DNA from: a virus
Length of the DNA stretch: 64,000 bases
Virus record (IMG/VR): IMGVR_UViG_3300031566_005149
Coordinates: 1 to 64,000 of that record
Reading direction: 5' to 3' (one strand)
The position numbers and the translations under genes are program-made. The notes under the pieces are model-generated. The model was given only the letters and a program-made list of their open reading frames with translations, did no database searches and was not told the DNA's origin. This document shows positions 59,521-64,000 of this stretch, piece by piece (positions within the stretch are counted from its first letter, which is position 1; each line of letters begins with the position of its first letter).

Positions 59521-59981
59521 TGTTACCGACATTAAAAATACCAGAAGGATATAAATACTGTAATCAATGTAAAGTCGTATCACCATTTGTAGGTGTTGTT
59601 GGGTATAGGTGGGGGGGTTGGTGTCGGCAGCATCATGAAGATACTATGATGTGCGTGTTGTGCGGAATAGCCCAGGATAAAGAGGATATTTATTTATGTC
59701 CGACATGTGGTTGGGAGCATGTTCCAGATCGAGATCTTCTGCCAATGACTGTAATGGCGCAAGTTCATGATGAGGGATGTCCAGGATATGAAACACCGGA
59801 GGAAAATGTGTGGTTCCACCGCAACTGTGACTGTCCAGAAGTTCTTATTTATCCACTTGGTGATTGTAGGATAATAAATTATAGTGAACGTAAAGAATGG
59901 GAGTATACTGTGATATGCCCCATATGCTTTACTCGATTTCAAGTAGATGACACAATTAGGAGATATGATGGAAATAATTGA
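59520..59981 (+). CDS. Cys-rich zinc-ribbon protein
   Basis: Multiple CxxC motifs, TAATG coupling. Confidence 0.6.
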   Translation: MLPTLKIPEGYKYCNQCKVVSPFVGVVGYRWGGWCRQHHEDTMMCVLCGIAQDKEDIYLCPTCGWEHVPDRDLLPMTVMAQVHDEGCPGYETPEENVWFHRNCDCPEVLIYPLGDCRIINYSERKEWEYTVICPICFTRFQVDDTIRRYDGNN

Positions 59982-60129
59982 TCTAGAATTGGAAGAGAAT
60001 TTTGACAGGTCTAAAGATCCATGTGCTTCATGTCGAGATAAGATAAATAAGACATGTAAAGAAACATGCGAGAGAGCTTCAATGTGGTGGAAAACTCTTG
60101 CGAGGAAATTTAAGGAGAATAGTTTATGA
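59947..60129 (+). CDS. Small Cys-rich hypothetical protein
   Basis: Coupled ORF, start likely slightly downstream. Confidence 0.5.
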   Translation: MTQLGDMMEIIDLELEENFDRSKDPCASCRDKINKTCKETCERASMWWKTLARKFKENSL

Positions 60130-60166
60130 GCAACGTAGTCAAATCCAAGTGGAATGGAGACGGTGA

Positions 60167-60421
60167 ATGAAACATTGGACAGATAATATCAATAAAAAAG
60201 AATGTGATCATAAAGGTTCGATTGATCAACAAAAACGTGGAGTGTCTGTTATAAGTGATTTTTCTTATTACGAACTCGGCGCTTCCGTAGACAAAACAAT
60301 TCACTTATTTTGCCACGATTGCCGAAGTCATTACTGGAAAGACCGTATTTGGCCGAAACAAGAATGGGATGAATACATTAACAGCGAGGAGGATCGACAC
60401 TATGAGGAAAATAATTCTTAA
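60167..60421 (+). CDS. Hypothetical protein
   Basis: GGAG RBS. Confidence 0.55.
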   Translation: MKHWTDNINKKECDHKGSIDQQKRGVSVISDFSYYELGASVDKTIHLFCHDCRSHYWKDRIWPKQEWDEYINSEEDRHYEENNS

Positions 60422-60611
60422 AGTAAGAGATTTGGAATTTGAAGATACTCAGACGAGCGTTCAAGATGAAATGGAAAACGCCAAGAAAGTTCTTAATACT
60501 AAGGGATATTTTTTCGATGGAATCCTGTTATCAGTGAACACAAAAATTGCTTATGTCTGGAAAGAGATGAAAGCCGCTAAATCTGCAAAACCAGAAAATA
60601 TACCAGCTTAA
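60369..60611 (+). CDS. Hypothetical protein
   Basis: Likely start at MRKII after GAGGAGG. Confidence 0.55.
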   Translation: MNTLTARRIDTMRKIILKVRDLEFEDTQTSVQDEMENAKKVLNTKGYFFDGILLSVNTKIAYVWKEMKAAKSAKPENIPA

Positions 60612-60624
60612 AAAAGGAGATCAC

Positions 60625-60843
60625 ATGTCGAAATTTACAACTGATCCAAAACATAAAGGTAGACCCACAGAAAGGATTAAATCAACACTTGATACTATAC
60701 ATGGATTGTGGGCATGCTTCCCTGATCTTAGGTTGGGGCAATTGTTAACGAACGTTCTCCCGCAAGGCGTTGATATATTTTACGTTGAAGAAGAAGATTT
60801 GAAAAGATACATTAATGAATATTACTTTGAACATGTACACTAA
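60625..60843 (+). CDS. Hypothetical phage protein
   Basis: W..FPDLRLGQLL..DIFYVE. Confidence 0.65.
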   Translation: MSKFTTDPKHKGRPTERIKSTLDTIHGLWACFPDLRLGQLLTNVLPQGVDIFYVEEEDLKRYINEYYFEHVH

Positions 60844-60869
60844 ATATGCCAGCTTAATGGATAAGGAAT

Positions 60870-61322
60870 ATGAATAAAGAAAACATTATTAAAAAAATAG
60901 AATGCGACTTCGATGCATTAACTGACAAGTATGAGAATAATGTTTATGTGATATCAGAGAAAGCAATTGATCTGATCGTATCCGAAGCAAGAAAAATACT
61001 TGTCAATGACCCCGATTTATACGAATATATTATGGCAATGGGATCATGTTTTTTCACAACTATAGAAGGTGGAAAATATGATTGGTTATCGATGTCTGAA
61101 GAAGAAGCTGATGAATGGTTTGAGTCACCGGAACATGTCAGCGAATATCACGGAATGATTGACGATGATAATTTCCAAAAAGAATTCTTTGATATGGTTG
61201 ATCACTTCAATGAATTGTTTAATGTTCGTGGGTGTCCTATGCGATTTACAGCCAATAGCCATATAGTTCACGATTGGGGCGACACTATAAAAGATCCAGT
61301 CGTATATGTTGAAAGGAGTTGA
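60870..61322 (+). CDS. Hypothetical acidic protein
   Basis: ORF with RBS. Confidence 0.65.
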   Translation: MNKENIIKKIECDFDALTDKYENNVYVISEKAIDLIVSEARKILVNDPDLYEYIMAMGSCFFTTIEGGKYDWLSMSEEEADEWFESPEHVSEYHGMIDDDNFQKEFFDMVDHFNELFNVRGCPMRFTANSHIVHDWGDTIKDPVVYVERS

Positions 61323-61536
61323 TATGACACTACCAACCATCAAAGAATTAAAGTGTGCATTGTATGCATCGCTCCTCAAACTAGATGCTGATGATCTAAC
61401 TGACAATGAAGTTAAACTTCTGTTTGCTTTAATGAACGACGAACAAGTTATAGAACGTCAAGAAGAAAGGATAAAACAAAGTGAAAAAATTATCTCATAT
61501 CCAGGGGGATCACCCAATCTTAAGAAGAATAGATAA
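61306..61536 (+). CDS. Hypothetical protein
   Basis: AGGAG RBS before MTLP. Confidence 0.55.
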   Translation: MLKGVDMTLPTIKELKCALYASLLKLDADDLTDNEVKLLFALMNDEQVIERQEERIKQSEKIISYPGGSPNLKKNR

Positions 61537-61632
61537 ATATATGTCAGAACAAGAACAGATAGATGAGTTAATCACCGAAATGAAAAGACTTAATTATGAA
61601 AACATCAAAATAGATAAAAAGGAGGTTTAGCG

Positions 61633-62268
61633 ATGAATCCATTATATGATCTTCATATAGAAGTTGGGACGGATTCTGGTGGCACGGCATACTATGCAAG
61701 AGTATCACTCGGAACAGGGGCATTCGAAATTAAAAGAGTTGAACAAACTACTCATGAATGCTTGATAAATCTTATAGATGAAATGGATACATATGCAGTG
61801 TTCACATCATTGAATAAAAATCCATTACTCACCAAGTACCCAATACCTCCTTCAGCATTGTCTTCACATGATCAAAAACAATATGACCTCCATATTGAGT
61901 GTGGGGGTGTGCCTACGTTTTCAAAAACACAACACTTTTACGCCAGAACTCAATTTCTGGGAACGACAGAATATCACACTGATGCTCCAAGTATTAAACT
62001 TGCCATCAAGGCTCTTATGATTGAATTATATTATACAAATATGGTTGAGCCCCTGTGGAAAACTCCGACCATATCAATTTACCCAATTCCATTTACAGAT
62101 ATAGTAGAAGCATCCATGTCAACCCCAAAAGCTAAAGAGGTCAAACGAAGTCTACCAAGCGAGAACACTAGAGTATCACACCCAGCTTGTCAGGATATAT
62201 GTACATCCTTTGATCACTTTAATACTTCACATTGCGCCAGTATATGCAGTTGGAGGAAAGAGGTATGA
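61633..62268 (+). CDS. Protein with a tandemly duplicated HicB-like domain and a Cys-rich tail
   Basis: Two YDLHIE...YAR...YPIP units. Confidence 0.6.
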   Translation: MNPLYDLHIEVGTDSGGTAYYARVSLGTGAFEIKRVEQTTHECLINLIDEMDTYAVFTSLNKNPLLTKYPIPPSALSSHDQKQYDLHIECGGVPTFSKTQHFYARTQFLGTTEYHTDAPSIKLAIKALMIELYYTNMVEPLWKTPTISIYPIPFTDIVEASMSTPKAKEVKRSLPSENTRVSHPACQDICTSFDHFNTSHCASICSWRKEV

Positions 62269-62468
62269 CAATATACGATAAAAACTATATGGTTGTTTGT
62301 TACATGAGAATTGTCCCTGATAATTTTGAGCTCATGACACGCGACCAAGCACGAGCTGAAAGAGATCATATGCGATACTTACAACCTGAGCATATGTACC
62401 GAGTAGAATCAGTGGATCCAGATGATGAATTATTTCTCGGGGGGGATGAGATAGATGTGGTGCCATGA
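62265..62468 (+). CDS. Hypothetical protein
   Basis: ATGA overlap with the upstream stop. Confidence 0.55.
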   Translation: MTIYDKNYMVVCYMRIVPDNFELMTRDQARAERDHMRYLQPEHMYRVESVDPDDELFLGGDEIDVVP

Positions 62469-62748
62469 CCCCGATAGAGCTTTCGACGTTCGTTGTAGGA
62501 ATCTTGGTTGCGAAGATTGGTGTAAAGATTACTTTAATTGTCCTATTCAAAGAAAGGATCAAAAAATGTTTATCTCGATTAAGAAAAATTTGGAACTGAT
62601 TAAGGAAATGGATAGTAGTGAGGTGGTTATTCAAATATCAAAAGATAGAAAAAGGTTTCATGTGTTAAAGCATAACGACTTCAAAGATTCTGAATGTGAA
62701 GAATATCATATTTCAGAACTCCATCATATACTTTTGGCTGGAAAGTAG
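62455..62748 (+). CDS. Hypothetical Cys-containing protein
   Basis: Coupled ORF. Confidence 0.55.
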   Translation: MWCHDPDRAFDVRCRNLGCEDWCKDYFNCPIQRKDQKMFISIKKNLELIKEMDSSEVVIQISKDRKRFHVLKHNDFKDSECEEYHISELHHILLAGK

Positions 62749-62753
62749 AGTGT

Positions 62754-62785
62754 TGTCGGGTCGGTGTTCCAACACTGACCCGACA
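62754..62785. terminator. Hairpin between convergent genes
   Basis: TGTCGGGTCGGTGTT-cc-AACACTGACCCGACA. Confidence 0.7.
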
Positions 62786-62789
62786 TGCG

Positions 62790-63002
62790 CTATTTCTTTT
62801 TTCTTTTATGAAGACCTATTGGCCTACCAGTCTTGGGTTGAGATTTAATCCAGTCATCATATGATTGTTCACGATCTTCTTGTCCAGTCGTATCTCCACT
62901 CCTGGCATCAAGTCGTTTTAAACTCGGATCATACTTATCATAATCTCCAGAACCAGATTCCATGATTTTATCTATGATTGCATAAATATTTTTTTCATCC
63001 AT
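62790..63002 (-). CDS. Hypothetical protein
   Basis: ATG at 63002 after GAGG (MDEKNIY...). Confidence 0.55.
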   Translation of the reverse strand: MDEKNIYAIIDKIMESGSGDYDKYDPSLKRLDARSGDTTGQEDREQSYDDWIKSQPKTGRPIGLHKRKKK

Positions 63003-63026
63003 AATAGTACCTCGTAGAGTTGACTT

Positions 63027-63156
63027 GTTATACGTTTGACCCACAGCGTGGTGCAGTGGTCAGAAACACGAGAGATCTCGGCGGTTCAACTCCGTGCTTT
63101 AATTAGCGGTCTGTGAAGGTGTCTCGGTTCTGGTTCGATTCCAGGCGGCGTATAAC
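63027..63156 (+). ncRNA. tRNA-like structured RNA with two T-loop hairpins
   Basis: Closing stem GTTATACGTT/GGCGTATAAC, with GCGG-TTCAACT-CCGT and CTGG-TTCGATT-CCAG. Confidence 0.45.
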
Positions 63157-63161
63157 ATTTT

Positions 63162-63177
63162 ATTTATAGTTTGTTAT
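63162..63177 (-). promoter_or_regulatory. Putative late promoter variant
   Basis: ATAACAAACTATAAAT. Confidence 0.4.
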
Positions 63178-63208
63178 AAAAAATAATTGAATCATTCTAC
63201 CCACGATT

Positions 63209-63228
63209 CTATATATATTAATAAGTGA
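63209..63228 (+). promoter_or_regulatory. Putative early promoter
   Basis: CTATATATATTAATAAGTGA. Confidence 0.7.
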
Positions 63229-63260
63229 AAGAAACATTAACCCATACTTTTGGAGTGAGA

Positions 63261-63401
63261 ATGAAAAATATACTAGTTTTAATAATTAGTTTCATTATTG
63301 TGGTAATACCTGGATTATTTACACTGATGCTAATTTGGGCATTGGTTTACCCAAAGCATCGAAAACTAATCACGGAAAAATTCAAGGGGGGATATGATTA
63401 A
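63261..63401 (+). CDS. 46-aa membrane peptide MKNILVLIISFIIVVIPGLFTLMLIWALVYPKHRKLITEKFKGGYD
   Basis: GGAG RBS, first ORF after the early motif. Not in the ORF track. Confidence 0.6.
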   Translation: MKNILVLIISFIIVVIPGLFTLMLIWALVYPKHRKLITEKFKGGYD

Positions 63402-63510
63402 AAGGATAGTTGGTTGGCAAGGAAAAAATAAGAAAAAGGGTTGCAAATTGGGGACCAGCATCAATAATAATTTCATTTGTACTGGGTGCAATTCACTGTG
63501 TTGTGGATGA
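63394..63510 (+). CDS. 38-aa Cys-rich peptide
   Basis: MIKRIVGWQGKNKKKGCKLGTSINNNFICTGCNSLCCG, overlaps the previous stop. Confidence 0.4.
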   Translation: MIKRIVGWQGKNKKKGCKLGTSINNNFICTGCNSLCCG

Positions 63511-63535
63511 AATATTATATAAAAAGGAGACTGAT

Positions 63536-63901
63536 ATGAAGACAGATAGACATGCATTACATTACTTATTCAACGATCTGATAAAACTCAGCGTCGAATA
63601 TCCAGGTGATCGTGGATGGGGAATTGGTTGTTCATCACTTCTGGAAACAATGATTTTAAGGCAGAAGACTTTTATCGATAAAATCTTAGATGATGATTCC
63701 GGAGATTTTCATGAGTACAGAATAAACGGAGCCGGTCTTAAGATGCATTGGAGGGTTGTCTTCGGAAAATTCCAATGCTACATCAGTGGTGATCAAGTTG
63801 CTCCTTATGCAGACTTCGTGGTTCACGCCAAGGAGCTAATAAGAAAATATGGGTGTAATCATCGTCATATTGCCCCAAATGCAAAGTCGAAGTTACATTA
63901 A
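63536..63901 (+). CDS. Hypothetical protein
   Basis: AAGGAG RBS before MKTDRH. Confidence 0.65.
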   Translation: MKTDRHALHYLFNDLIKLSVEYPGDRGWGIGCSSLLETMILRQKTFIDKILDDDSGDFHEYRINGAGLKMHWRVVFGKFQCYISGDQVAPYADFVVHAKELIRKYGCNHRHIAPNAKSKLH

Positions 63902-63960
63902 TCAAAAAGATGGGCGGCTGGATATGTTCGATCTGTCGTCGAGTTATAAATATCTAAAAC

Positions 63961-63991
63961 ATGGATGGGGATTGTTTTGATCCCCATCCAT
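63961..63991. terminator. Stem-loop terminator
   Basis: ATGGATGGGGAT-loop-ATCCCCATCCAT. Confidence 0.65.
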
Positions 63992-64000
63992 AAAAATTTT

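Larger units (their letters stand above)
1..64000. other. Fragment of a large myovirus-type (jumbo-like) phage genome encoding its own multisubunit RNA polymerase
   Basis: Terminase, sheath, tube and gp6/gp25/gp26-like baseplate genes, HNH endonucleases, a tRNA, dense small ORFs, and RNAP beta'/beta genes without ribosomal-protein context. Confidence 0.93.

Noticed and set aside
1-64000. Stop-codon reassignment as in some large phages
   Set aside because: Conserved genes are full length in the standard code, all three stops end genes, and no suppressor tRNA was seen

Overview
This AT-rich window is a fragment of a large contractile-tailed (myovirus-type, probably jumbo) bacteriophage genome that reads with the standard genetic code. 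It has four blocks. (1) 1-10.8 kb, + strand: a ubiquitin-like/E1/E2 cassette running directly into unsplit RNA polymerase beta' and beta genes, then folE2, a minimal PolB-like palm protein and a DUF932-like protein. (2) 10.9-42.6 kb: terminase, a tape-measure-like protein, baseplate, tail tube, tail sheath, candidate lysis genes and three poly-serine proteins. (3) 42.7-54.7 kb, - strand: a glycan-modification cluster with glycosyltransferases, methyltransferases, a sulfotransferase and a DegT aminotransferase, invaded by HNH endonucleases. (4) 55.7-64 kb, + strand: small accessory genes, a tRNA-Thr with a long variable arm and a tRNA-like RNA. Two recurrent intergenic motifs, CTATATATATTAATAAGTGA (x4) and AGAACA-N5-TAAAT (about 12), look like early and late promoters. 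The best novel-system candidates are the Ubl-E1-E2 cassette linked to the RNAP genes and a virion O-glycosylation system. All calls come from motif recognition by eye, and no searches were run.
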